A stretch of 64,000 bases of DNA from Microbotryum violaceum. Taxonomy: Eukaryota. A model generated the notes under the pieces. That model was not told the DNA's origin. It was given only the letters and a program-made list of their open reading frames with translations, and made no database searches. The number at the start of each line of letters is the position of its first letter. Position 1 is the first letter of the stretch. Below, piece by piece: positions 1 through 14,197 of the stretch. The DNA lies in the NCBI GenBank assembly GCA_001244265.2, contig CDLV01000014.1, positions 930,001 to 994,000 of the forward strand, written 5' to 3'. The position numbers and the translations under genes are program-made.

Positions 1-1257
1 CTCACCCAAGCCGACCTGATCGCCGAAGCGCTCGAAACGGAAGAGATCAACCGAGCCTCCCTCCTCGCTTTCTACGCCGCCGAAGAAGACCGTCGTGCGG
101 CCGAACGTGTGATTGGACAGCGTTACGAGATCATTGGACCCAAGCTGATCGATTTGAGTCGGCGCGAAGGAGAACTCGAGGCGCCGAATTCACCGGGGAA
201 ACGAAAGGGAAAGGGGCGAGCGATCGATGGTGGGGCTACGACGGTGCGGTCTGGAGAAAGTGGGAGGCGGAGATTGATTGAGGTGTTGGGTGAGGCTGGG
301 AAAGCGGGTTGGAAGCCTGGGGAGGCGGAAGGGTTGAAGGCCGCGCAAGAGGCGGCGGAGAAGGAAGGGACAACGATGGACAAAACCCGGCAAATCCTCT
401 CGCCGGACAAAGGGGTCAAGTCCGCAGACATGTGCGGAACAGATAAAGATACACCGCCTGTACCAGATGACAAGGTCGAGCCTCAACCATCAGCGGAGAC
501 AAAGATGGAAGTGCTCGATCCACCGACCGTGCCGATCATGACGGAAGCAAACGGAGTCGTCTCGATCATATCGGCGGCCCCCAACGCAGGACCAATGGTC
601 ACACCAGCTCCGGACCCCGTCGTCGCGGCTCCCTACTTCGCTCGGAACTATCTCATCTTTGACGAGTTCGTTGGTGCCACGGTCGGAGACGAGATGGAAG
701 CGCTGTTTGGCGATCATTGCGATTGGGATACAGCCAAATCGGTGACGCTTGAATCCAGTCAGTCTGCATAGCCTACTTCACCCACGGCATCCCCTTTCAT
801 CGCTCATCTGATCTGTTCATCCCGTTCATCTCCCTCAGATCGTCGTCCCAAGATTTGCCCCATCACTGGCCTGTCAGCCAAATACCGTGATCCACGCACC
901 ATGACCCCGTACGCCAATAAATACGCCTACGACGTCCTAACTCAACTCCTCTCTTCAACCAAGACCGCAGAAAGGGCCGGGGATACGAAGCCCGTTTTTT
1001 CATGGAACGAGACGCTGGGTGCTTATTCGGGCGTCATCGCTTTGGGCAAGTTGCACGTCGATGTGGGGCCGAACGCAGGTGCTCTCGCTCCGATCGTTGG
1101 GACGATTGAGAAAGATCCCCTTACCTTGGACGAGCAAAGTAGCGTCCGAGCTACCCAGATATCCACTTCGACGGGTCCTGCTAAAATTCCGAGAACGAGC
1201 ACAGGGTACATGGGTGTTGGAGGAAGGAACGCCAAGAAGAGGGAGGATAACGAATAG
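1..1257 (+). CDS. VPS72: SWR1 complex subunit Vps72/Swc2 (YL1 family), 3' part; 5' end outside window
   Basis: Frame 1 reads LTQADLIAEALETEEINRASL...RNYLIF. After an intron (~758-838) comes the YL1_C motif RRPKICPITGLSAKYRDPRTMTPYAN. Stop at 1257. Confidence 0.85.
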
Positions 1258-1490
1258 TCGCTCGGGACTTGTGTAGCGAATTTGGAATAAACGTTCATAC
1301 CCCACACGTTCACAAACAAAGAAATTGCATCGCATCTTATTTCACGACAATTAGTAGGGAGTCTTTCCAGTGTACAAGCAAGGTTGTCTTGTAGGGGTGG
1401 CAAGGTCGTCCAGGTCGATTTCGTCTAAGAGAGAGTCACGCCAAGTCCAACATCCAATCTTGCAGTTTCCTTCCGAAGTTGCCACGATGA

Positions 1491-2015
1491 TCAAGCTCGC
1501 TTTTTGTTGGACGCGGCTGTGCCAGCTTTGTTACCGGCGAAGAGCGAGTAGGCGACGAAGGCGGCTGTGTGTAATCAAAAGACAAAAGTGGGGTGAGTTG
1601 ACTGACTCACGTGATCCGCATGAAGGGCCGAGGAGCGGACTCACCAAAGATGACCCCGATGATGACCGCGTTGTCTGAAGGAGGGAAAGTTTAGAATTAG
1701 AGCGGTCGTTAGTATCGTATACATCGGACAAGTCAGAGCGAAGAGCCTAGATCTACGTCATCGCTCGCTCCCCGCTCCTCCTTCCCCCACTCGCCTCCCT
1801 TTCCTCTCAAGGGGTACCTTTCGTCCCACTGGCAGCAGGCACTCACGCATCAAGAACGACACCACATCCTTAGCCAAACCCGCGATTCGTTCTACGATGG
1901 AGACGATAAAATGCAAGATGTGTTGCACCAACGCAAGGATGGAGGTGATGATGCCTTTGAAGAAGGAGAAGATGGAGTTGACGAAGTCGCCGACGGCGTG
2001 GGTGAGAGAAGGCAT
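1491..2015 (-). CDS. small amphipathic/membrane hypothetical protein, 3 exons
   Basis: MPSLTHAVGDFVNSIFSFFKGIITSILALV..., then GT-AG introns and exons NAVIIGVIF and AAFVAYSLFAGNKAGTAASNKKRA*. Confidence 0.65.
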
Positions 2016-2647
2016 GGTGTTTTGCGCGGGGGAGGCTAGAGTGTGTAGTTTGATTTAGGTTATGAGGCTTGTAGCTTTAGGTTATGAGGCTTGTAATAGT
2101 GAGCAGTTCGACTGATAATGGAAAGAGAAGGGGAGGAAGGAGCGAAGGAGCGAAGGAGCGAAGGAACGAGAAGGCCACCTCGCCGGCCTTCGACCGACGT
2201 CATCGCGCCGGTTGTACCACAGTACCGGGCGTCAAGCGAGCCCGCGGCGCTTCCCCGCCCCGTGACACGTCTCACGTGATCTATGTGCTTGGTCCGCTTG
2301 AGCCGCGACCACGTCACGACCACGTCGCACGCACTGACTACCCAATCAGTCAAAGTAGAAAAAGAAAGCCACTAATATCTTGCAATGCATGTACTAACAT
2401 AAACTCCGAAGATCTTCTGCTGCTACTAGAACATGAGATGCGAACTCCCACTCCGGGCGTGGCGAGCGCTGAACATGGGCACAAAGAAGTGTAAAGTTGC
2501 GGGTTGGGAACAAGCGGTGTGCGAAAACAGGATGCGAGGTCGAAGAACAATGCTGCATTTTGTACTGCTGGGTTGCCGGGTGCGGGTTGCGGATAAAGAA
2601 ATGAGTCGGAAAGGTCCTAAATCGGTGGACGACAGCGCGAGCGACAG

Positions 2648-4092
2648 CTATGCTTCGAAGGCAGAGATGGTCGATTCGTCAATGTCGTCGTATGAGAGTT
2701 CTTGGGTTTCGTCTCGATCCACCATTGAGAGCCAGGACGATTTCACGGATTCCAAGTCATCTTCCTCGTCGTCATCGGCCCCGTCTTCCATATCCCTTAC
2801 GGTGTCGTTCCTCAAATGCTCGTCCTCGATGGCGAGATCCGGGTCATGGGGTTGGGTCACGTCGAGGCCACAGCACTTTTCCGATTTCTTTGAGATGATC
2901 TTGCGGTGCTGTACGATCCACACGATGTCGAATCTGAGCATTCGCGGCATGAAAAAAGGTTCAGCATTCGCCTGGCTGGCGTCGGGGCATAAGTCGTGCG
3001 AGAGGAGACTCACCGTTTGTCGGGGTATTCGAGGCGGGCCTGAGATCCAAAGGCCTTAGCGAGATCAAGCAAAAACGAGTGTTTCTGTGGGATCGATGCA
3101 CGGGACCCAGTAAGCTTGTACCGATTGCATGCCGGCCGGGCAGCCCACGCCCTGCAGATGCTCGGGAAAAGAAAAGCGTGACCTACCCAGCAAATGAGAA
3201 CATCCCGTCTGCTATATTTGGCAAACTGTTGAACAAGGTTGACGACGCAATCCGGATCATTTCGATTGCTGAAGTTCACAAATTATTGTTTGGTCGATCA
3301 GCACCACGCCTGGCCCAGGGGGACACCAAATCTAAGCCATCGAGGTCGGCCGAACGTACCAGTCCGTGATGACAGGTAATCGAAGATCCTCGGCCAAGGC
3401 GACGACGGTGGCGTACGGTCGCTTGCGAGCGCCCGTGGATAAGCTGTACGACTGGGCAATGATGAGGCCAATGTTGTGAGGTGAACGCCGGCCGAAAACC
3501 TGGTTTCGGTTCGGAGGAGGGAGTTGCGCGTTTGCCCAATGCCAAGCCGGGATGCAAGGTGAGCGAGTGGGGCGATCACGACGGCACGTTGACCGAGCGG
3601 CGAGGTCGGATTCGGGCATGGCACGTTCGTCAACGCGTCAACGGCGCGCCAAGACAAACGGCAAACAAGGGGAGTGGATGTGATCAGTACGATGACTCTG
3701 CTTAGGATAGAGTGATCATGAAGTCATGGAAGTCGGTGAGGGGTGTAATGGTCGCTCGAGGCGCGTCAAAAGACGCGTTGCAAGCTGTACGTCGTGTGAT
3801 GCTCTGATGCACGCACGCCTCCGCAGCCGGTGCTGATCCCGAACTGGGAACATACCTTTCGCAGACACTGAGCGCGACGACGCCCCTTCTCACTGAGTCC
3901 TTCCTTATTGTGGCCCGGTTTCTCGCCATGTCTGATCAAGAGGATCTTGTTGGGGATTGAAGGCCGGTGGCGAGTCGCGTGCAGGGGCTCCTTGTCGACG
4001 ACCGCAGCGCCAACGGGGGACGAAGGATCGGTCGCCAATGCCCGACTGAGCAAAGCCCACCCGAGCAGGACCAGCACAATCACGCCTCGCAT
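2648..4092 (-). CDS. secreted histidine phosphatase / phosphoglycerate-mutase-like protein, multi-exon
   Basis: Signal peptide MRGVIVLVLLGWALLSRALA. Motifs LIRHGEKP..GLSEKGRRRAQCL, IGLIIAQ...RPYATVVALAEDL, DVLICW, YPDKRFDIVW match the fungal PGM-like family. Acidic tail. Confidence 0.8.
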
Positions 4093-4575
4093 CGAAAGAA
4101 CAGGTGGGCGTGTGCTCTTTGACCTGGTCGGGAGTGTGAAGGTAGGCGGGTGCACGAGCTCAACGAGCAGGATCCCGCGGTGTCTTAAGGCCGCGAAGGT
4201 CGAGGACAACGTCGAGTTCGCGAGAAAAGAGGGTGAAGGCCAGAAGCACGTGCTCCGCCGAATTGAGCATTTCAAACCGGCTGACTTTCGCAGTGCATGT
4301 GGGCACGTCGGCGCGTTACCTCATTTCTAATACAGCCGCGCGTGATTGCGCGCTGTCGTCATCGCCCGAGTGCTTTCGGCCAGCGGTAGCCTGCGGTAGC
4401 CAGCGGTGGGGTAGGCTTGCAAGGGCTTGCACGCCTGAACACGACGCAACCTTCTTATTAACGGCCACGGCGGAGAGATCTTCACCCACCTCACCTCGTC
4501 TTACTTCGCAGAGCAAAGCGTCACCTGACAGCGTCACTGCAGCTTCCCGTGCAACATCTACAAGGCTCTCCAAGC

Positions 4576-6728
<2,153 letters not shown>

Positions 6729-7649
6729 TTCGAGATTTGATCGAAGATAGATATATAGCTGGCATAGCCATGCCAACGCATTTTCAAGGTGGCAGAGCAG
6801 ATTTTGACACGTCGGCGCGTCTCGTAATTGTGGCTATCTAGGGCGGAAACTCATTGCAGGTCAAAACAGGGGCTCAAGTTGTAACACAAATTCAAACCCT
6901 ACCTACCTCCTACCGAGCTAGTTAACTCGCGATCACTCATTACCAGCTCTAGATGCTTGTCGCGGGAATTGCCGATCACGATCAACAGGCGGTCCAAGCT
7001 CCAAGCGCACGGGGCCGCCATTCCGTCACGTGCGAAATGTTACGATCAGCGAAGCTGGTGTTTGCGCCATCTTGAGTCTAGTGTCTCGGAATACAGAGCT
7101 TAGGAGGTGTTTCGCCTCGAGAGGATGCAGTATCTTGGGATTTGTTTTTGGTTGTTGTAGATCCTTTCGGCCCGTACGAGCCGGAGCATCGTGCCCGACG
7201 CCGTTGTGGTCGCGAGGCGCGCTGCCTGTAAGGTATGCGCCTCTGATGTGCATGAAATACAATCTGTCGTTCTTGACCACTAGACTGAAAGCAAGTCGTA
7301 ACTAAAACTCGGCAGTTCTAGCTACTCAGAGGCTACTTATAGGGCTGTTCTGTAAGGCATCCCCTTACATTGCCGTCTTTACGGGTCGCCACCGGTGCCA
7401 GGTAGGCGCTGGGCCCGCTGGGCGCTGGGCGCTGGACGCCTCTTGCATGTGGCACTGAAAGTGTCTTTCCAAAGTAGGTTTGACCTTCACAACTCTTGAT
7501 AAAAAAAACTCGGCAGCTGCCTACGCAAGTTCAAGCCAGCGGCGTGTCACTTAAAGACATGATAATGCTGTCAGTGTCAACAGGAAAACGCAATTTCATC
7601 GAGATCGATGCCTGCCCAAAATGAACAGCCTGGCGAAGCCAACGTCGAA

Positions 7650-7950
7650 ACGGCGATCGTCCCTGCCTCGAGAGACACGACTCACGAGTCGCGGCACCGA
7701 TAAGCTTGCACTGCTTCATCGCCCGGCTTGAAGCCCACTTGCTTTGATCCTGTGGCTTCCGAGAACACAGAGCTGACCAGTCGGCACTACAGTGCATTCT
7801 GCAGCGCATTTTATGGACAGATCCGTACCACGTCTCGTTGCGGAAGACGAAGACGTGCGCACACTTTGTGCTGGCCGGCTTTTTCCACAGAATTTGCGGC
7901 AGTCGATTAAAGATTAACGCACCGCGGGGCGGCGACCAGTCCCTGAACCT
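7650..7950 (-). mobile_element. possible degenerate LTR-retrotransposon integrase C-terminal/SH3 remnant
   Basis: ALIFNRLP..LWKKP...CAHVFV...QSKWASSRAMKQCKLIG loosely resembles the copia NRLP...KP...GC.AYV...SKLDPRA.KC.FIG segment. Weak match. Confidence 0.3.
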
Positions 7951-8084
7951 CCCTCCACTGCACTGTGCCCTGTATAAAGTCACAGTCACGCTCACACAAC
8001 CATGGCCCGAGGATAGGCAGTACCTCCTACTTAGCCGAAAGTGAATAACCGCCACAAGACAAGGCTAGAGGCTCTAACGACAAA

Positions 8085-9030
8085 TCCACATTTCGTTCAA
8101 GAGCCAGCCGCGCGTCCGGAGGAGACTTAACGATCCTTGTCGGCGGCCTCTGCTCCGAAGTTATTGACGCCGTCGCCTGCGCGTGAGGCGGACTCATGTT
8201 CGGCTGACGAGCCCTGCATGTACGCAGTGGAACCTCTACAGGAGTACGAGCTAGTATCTTAACTGCCTGGCTGGGATCAGATTCCAACTTTATGGCCTGC
8301 TCCCATCACTGAGGCGGATCGGGCTTTACGGCCTGCTCTTATTCCCGAGCCTGGTGTGCCTTTACTGCCAGCGCTGCCTCAAGTTTCAACTTCCTCGTTT
8401 TCAACGCGGACCATGGTGAGGTCGCTCCTATTCCTTTACCAGCTGGCGGCCCGTTGGCCGAAGGGGTTGAAGACGAAAGAGGAGCCTATCGATCATCGAC
8501 GCGAGGAGGCTGTTGAGGCTGCTAACAGTTACGAAGACGACGACCCTGCGGAGCGTGATCCGCCTCTACCTCCTGACGATGGTCACGAGTACCGGCCTTA
8601 TCGTGTCGGTCGCACCCCGGGTCTGCTCGAGAACATTAACGAGGACAACACTCTACCGGTTCGCACGCGTGCTCAGCGTCGCGTCGCCGCCCTCAGTATT
8701 GTGTCCACAACCAGAGCTCATCGCTTTGGTTTCCACTCGTCATCCACCGCTTCCCAAGACCTTCAAGGATGCGATGGCTTCGCCCGAGGCCGAGTCCTGG
8801 TACGCTGCGTCGGTCAAGGAACTTAACTCCATGGGCTTGCACAAGGTGTTCAAGCTTTCGAGTCCACCTACTGGGGCTTGTGCCCTGGGCTATCGTTGGG
8901 TGTTTACTCGAAAGGAAGATGCCGAGGCCAACGTCATCAGCCTACAAGGTTCAGCTAGTCGTCCAAGGCTTTGCTCCACGACTGGGGATTGACTACAACA
9001 AGACGCTTGCTCTTGTCTCAAATCCTGAGG
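8085..9030 (+). mobile_element. Ty1/copia polyprotein remnant (integrase-RT linker and start of RVT_2), frameshifted and truncated
   Basis: PKTFKDAMASPEAESWYAASVKELNSMGLHKVFKL...ALGYRWVFTRK...YKVQLVVQGFAPRLGIDYNKT, spread over three frames. Confidence 0.85.
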
Positions 9031-9149
9031 GGCACGAAGTTTAGGCGCCCGTGCCACTGCATTTGCCGGAGGACCTGTCCCTCCAAGCGCGAGCCTCGAC
9101 GGTGCAGACAAGCGCACACAGATCACCTTCACGGAGGATGGTGTGTGCA

Positions 9150-11030
9150 AATTGCCCGGGGTGCCCATGGACAGTCACGGGGAGTGGCTTCGGATCCTTC
9201 GGCGCACTTGCGACCGGTTAAAAGCCCCTCTCGGACATCCGCATAAAATCGATTGTAATCGGGCAGGTCAAGAAAATTCTCCCAAGCGGTTCGCCCCCTG
9301 TGCATTTTCCCAATGACTGCAAACACGCTTGTCAGCCCAATCATCAGATCTTGGAGCCTACAAAAGCAAAAATGTAAATTACTACTTACACCTTGGGGAT
9401 GATTAGCTGGTGGTGGGTGAAGACCACCTGCGGCTTTGCCGTTAGGTTTGGCGTGTTAACTTCGATCGCTGGCCGGGCCGCGAGAGGATAAGAAAGGGGA
9501 AGGAGTCAGGTTTCTGCAACGGATTCAGATACAAGAGGTACCACGGCTTACATTGACCGTTCTCCAAGTTCCACGCCGTTGCCACATGTTCAGAAAACAA
9601 GCATCGCAACTTGAACTCCATGCCCTGAGTCGCAAGCGCCTCGGACGTCACGAGCTCGAGGCCGATCTCACGGATCAAATGCTGCGGCTGCTGTCTTTCC
9701 GGAGGCAAGTGCTCGCAACTGAACACACAAACTTGGCTCAACCACTCCAACATTCGTTTCACCTTCCCTTGCCTCACAATTATGGGTCGACACTTGTCTA
9801 GCTCGGTCGAATTAGCTTCAGCGCCGCAAAACAATACGCACACACTGTCGGCTAATTGCTCGACTGACATCGGAAGAATGTCCGTGAACGCAGCAGTATT
9901 CTGACTGAAAATTAAGGTATTTCCCCGAGTACACTTTTGCTGCGCGTTCGGGTCGCCAAACTTTGTAATCTTGTAGACAATTTTATAGGCGCGGGTCCGG
10001 GCAGTGACCAACAGTTCGAGCTGACTTGCACCTGAGAAACAACCCTTGACATCCGGAGGCAGATGTTCGATGGCCCGGTAAAGACGATTACTCAATGAAC
10101 GAGCGGGCTTAGTAGGCGCAGCTTTACAGGTAAAGGGACTTTGATAACAGCCGGGGCAAAGCGAACACTGGACGGAAGACTCCGAGTCGGCCGTAGCGAA
10201 GTAGATGGGCTGGCCCTCTAGGTCGTTTCGCCGATGTAGACCACGCGGATCAATGATTGCAGCACGCCATTCCTCGAAATCATACGTTGTAGGCCGCAAG
10301 TCAGAGCGCAAATGAACATCTGTGAGCGCCTCCAGGATGCCGCGATCTCTGCACTTGAGAACGCTCTCCGCGACCCAGTGTGCCTCGTGCCCGAAGACCC
10401 TCTCAGAGCAAATCAAGCAGCAGAAAACTCGAAAATGGCATCTGTGAAGTACTGATTCCATTCGGCACGGATCTCAGCTTGGAGCCGGGCGGACGCAGGA
10501 GTGTAGGGCGAGGACCGCTCAGCCTGCGAAGCTTGCGTGGTTCGGCGAAGCCGTGTGTCGTCGTCAGCGCGGCTGTCATTGTTGGTCGCCGCTCGTCGTC
10601 TGTTCTGAATCGCATTCTCTGTCAATGACCTTTCCTCTCGTTCCAAAATCTCCTTGCTCAGTTTTGCTTGACATGACTCTAATGTTTTGTGCCAGTAGAC
10701 CGTGTGACGGGGTACGCAATGCCGTCTCGGGACCAGAATGTCAATGGCTGTGCTTCGCTTGAAGATGTAGCCGCTCTCACATGCTGGACAAGTTCCAGTG
10801 CATGAAGACAATAGAATACGCAAAAACAGTTCTCTAGCCCTTGATCGCCGAAAAGAGTAGCCTTGCAAGTTGTGAGTCTGACAAAGAATCTGCAGTTGTT
10901 CCAAACGAAGTTTGACGTTGGACAAGGCGAGCTGTCGCAATGAGCACCTGATCACTAGATCGTCGTCAAGCGAATGTGAGACAACAAATCTGTTCGGTCC
11001 ATGATAAGTGTACTGTACTTATTCGCCATG
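9150..11030 (-). mobile_element. Helentron/Helitron2-type Rep-helicase 5' remnant (DUF6570-like region)
   Basis: Cys-rich segments, then SLSNRLY...SQLELLVTAR...QKCTRGNTLIFSQ...LPMSVEQLADSVCVLFCG...PIIVRQGKVKRMLEWL, the segment that precedes Helitron_like_N in fungal Helentrons. Frameshifted. Confidence 0.7.
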
Positions 11031-11404
11031 TTTTTTTGGCAAGAGCGACCGCCTCTTGTCAAGCCAAGCTCCGAGATGCTGTCTAATGACTCGGCGTCGG
11101 GAGGCACAACTATGACACGTGAACTGGGAAAAATCGACATCGCCGCAGGGTGGGTGGACACAAATGCCACTTGATACCAATGACTAGTGTGTCGGACCGA
11201 CTGAGCACCGTTCGTGACTGATGAACTACTCCACGGTGGAGGAGGGCTGTACCATGAGCTACTGAGATGTTGATGTTCGCACACAGCTATCAGACGGGCC
11301 GAAACGCATGCCTAGTACAGGACTTTGCAGTCCGTGTCATTCGCCGCCGATCCGCGCCGGTCTGTGCAGGTCTGTGCCGGCTTTTGCCGGTTGGCTGTAA
11401 TGTT

Positions 11405-11589
11405 GAGACCGTCGTCAATTTCCCAAACTCGCCGCGCCTCGCCAGCCGCCCCCCAGCGCTGAGATCGTCGTCAATTTCCCAAGCCCGCGGCGCCCCCCTC
11501 CATGCACACCCCCAGGCCGCCCCCCGGCGTTGAGATCGTCATCAATTTCGCAAAGTCGCTCAGATCGTCGTCAATTTCCCAAGCCCGCG
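11405..11589. repeat. four direct copies of ~23-bp motif GAGATCGTCGTCAATTTCCCAA
   Basis: Copies at 11405, 11461, 11532 and 11561 with GC-rich spacers of unequal length. Confidence 0.85.
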
Positions 11590-12148
11590 CCGCCGAACTT
11601 TTCTGGAACAAACCTTCAGCTCCGCTTTCGCTCTACCTATCGGGATGCGCCAGCCGGATAGGAGGCATTTCCGATACCTTGTTTTTTGGCATGTAGTTCA
11701 CGTGGAGCAGCCACACGCGGTGGAGGAAACGTTTTCCAACATAGCCCGCCCGCCAATTGAGTCTCGGCGAGAAATTACGAGCCCATGTCCAGCTCAGGCA
11801 TTCTTTACCTGCCCGATCCGATTTCGGCGCCGCCGCTCACGCAAAGTTAAACCCGCGGGGAGCAAACAAGTTCCCCTAAAGGTCAGAAACAAAGCAGCAG
11901 AGTGTTGTTGGAGCCTTTGCATGGAATATTCCCTCTCGTCTTGCTTGTTCTGCTTCCATCACCTTCGGACGAAATTATTGTCGGGTGAGTAGTGTACATC
12001 CACCTGCTTCAAGCTGGGCTGCAGCATTGCAGGAGTCGCACGTCGCTGACTCGAGTGAACGCCTCAGTGTTGAAAGCTCTTGAACAGCCCCACCCTCGCA
12101 TAGCGCACGCCTTTCGCCCGGCCTCCACCACAACCCGCCCCGCTCAAC

Positions 12149-13111
12149 ATGAACTCCGAGAAGCAACCCCAAGAGCAATACCAAGGCCAACCCCAGGGCC
12201 AGCCGTATATCACGAACCAGCCGATGGGCATGTCAGGCATGTCGGTTGACACCTTGAACCCTCTCGGCCTCGCGCGCAACCCGGAGGGCAAACGAAGCTT
12301 CAACACGACCTGCTGTGGCACGATGAGCAAGTCCCCTTGCTTCTGCATTGCCGCGGCGTGCGCGTAAGTCCTACTTTGTGTTTTTCTCGACCTCTCATGG
12401 TGTGGTTACTCCCCTTCCATGAGGAGCATCCTGGCAGTGGATCGTCGGGACTGGTGTGGGGGCCGCTTCCGAGACTGACCTGCTGGCTGTTCCCGGACCC
12501 TGAATTCCCTGAACCTTCCCTTGGCGCGCTGACGATCCGTAAATCAACCTACGCATCGTCCAATCGCCCCACCGCAACACAGACCTTACCTGACTTTTGG
12601 TACCAACAAGACCAAATATTCGGCCCTCAAGGCGAATCAAGTCTCGACCGACGATGGTGAGTCAAGGTTATTGTCTTTCATGTGGACTTGTGGACGGTGA
12701 CACCCGTCGGGCAGTGGCCTCTATTTCGGGCTCGCGCGCGGGGGGGGGGGGGGCGCGTTCTTGTTGCTCGATCAAGCCAGACGCGCGCATCAAACCGCTT
12801 GGAAGTATCCTGAGAACGACTTGCTGACCGACCAAAACTTATGATCTCGTTTACTTCCCTCCCTCCCAGGCTACGTCGGAGGCAACTGCTGCGCCTTCTA
12901 CCTGATGCAGTGCATTGGTCTCGGCTGTATCCTCGATCTGATGCTCCGCAGCGACATGCGTGAACGCGCTGGGATCGAAGGCAGTGGTTGCGGTGATTGC
13001 ATGATGTCGTGCTTCTGCTTGCCGTGCTCGCAGACGCAGCAGCACCTCGAGATCGTCGAGGAGGAGAGGGTCCGCATAGCCCAGCTCCCCGCCGATGTGC
13101 TCAGGCGGTGA
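12149..13111 (+). CDS. PLAC8 family Cys-rich protein, 3 exons
   Basis: RSFNTTCCG...CFCIAAACA-PYLTFGTNK...LRSDMRERAGIEGSGCGDCMMSCFCLPCSQTQQHLEI. Confidence 0.88.
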
Positions 13112-14197
13112 TCATGGGCTGGTGTTATAGGGACTCGGGGTTTGTCCTCTGGCTCGCCTCGCGCTCGTTCTCTCTCTGTCTCTTCGCGCTCTCTTGGGTT
13201 TTTTTTCTTTCCGTTTTCTCGGGACTTTTATTATCCCATGAGGCTACACCATCTGTCTTTCTCTTGGGCAATCCAAAGCCTGTGTCATCCCAGCTCATCT
13301 GTGGTACTATCCGGCCGTACTAGCCTGAACCGGTGATGCTGTCCGCGCCGGCGCGTGCAAGATCCTGGACAGGTTCGTAGCAGTGGCTGCAACCTAGCAG
13401 AGAACGCGAAGATGTGGCAAGAAACACGCAGCGTGAGGACCGCAGAGCGCTCCCGGAGAGTTTGAATGTTTAGACTCGACTGTTGCTGCTGGTCAGCCCG
13501 CGCCTTATCCAAAAGCTTGTGATCAAACACTGGGACATGACGGCGCAAGCGGGTCCAAGCGGGGCAGAGCGGGGCGCACACAAAGCGCGTCACCCAGTCG
13601 GACCAACTCGAGCCCATCGTGGGTCGCCTTTTGAGCAGCGGCCAGCTCAACCCACCGCCCGCATCTTCACTGAACATACGAGCACGCGACCTTAGTCGTT
13701 CATATTGTGACTCTACACGACCTCATCGGCCCCAGTCAGCCATCGGATCAAGAAGCTGCACCGGTGCTCGATTGCATCTGTCCGCTCGGGTGAGCAAGTG
13801 TGGATCCTGTTCGGCTTTCAGCAAGTGGTGAGTGCTATTCAGCAGGTGTGAAGGTTGCACCAAAAAATTTCGCGTTGCAGAATACTTGCTGTGCTCCTAT
13901 CCGGTGTAAGCAGCCGCTGCCGATCGTACGAGCTCAGCCCCTTCACGTGAAGGCGGACCAGCTCCCGCCTCACCAACCCACGTCGCACACGCTTTAACCT
14001 CCGGCTAGGCTCAAGCTCACCAGATAATCGGAACAGAGATCGATATTGCCATTCGTTGCGGGTGGACCCTGGGGAGAGGACAACCTGTGCTGGTCACTCG
14101 CATCGTGGTGAAACTGGGAGCGTGAGGAGCGTTGAGCGCGGGCCCACCACGTCACATCCACGCCTACAATCAAGATCACCAGTCCGTTCAAGCTAAG

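Noticed and set aside
2054-2165. 22-bp tandem duplication and (GGAGCGAA)3 upstream of the small gene
   Set aside because: Ordinary slippage repeats with no evidence of function.
11405-11589. CRISPR-like repeat-spacer array
   Set aside because: Eukaryotic context, only four repeats, very unequal spacers (about 6-48 bp), and no cas genes.
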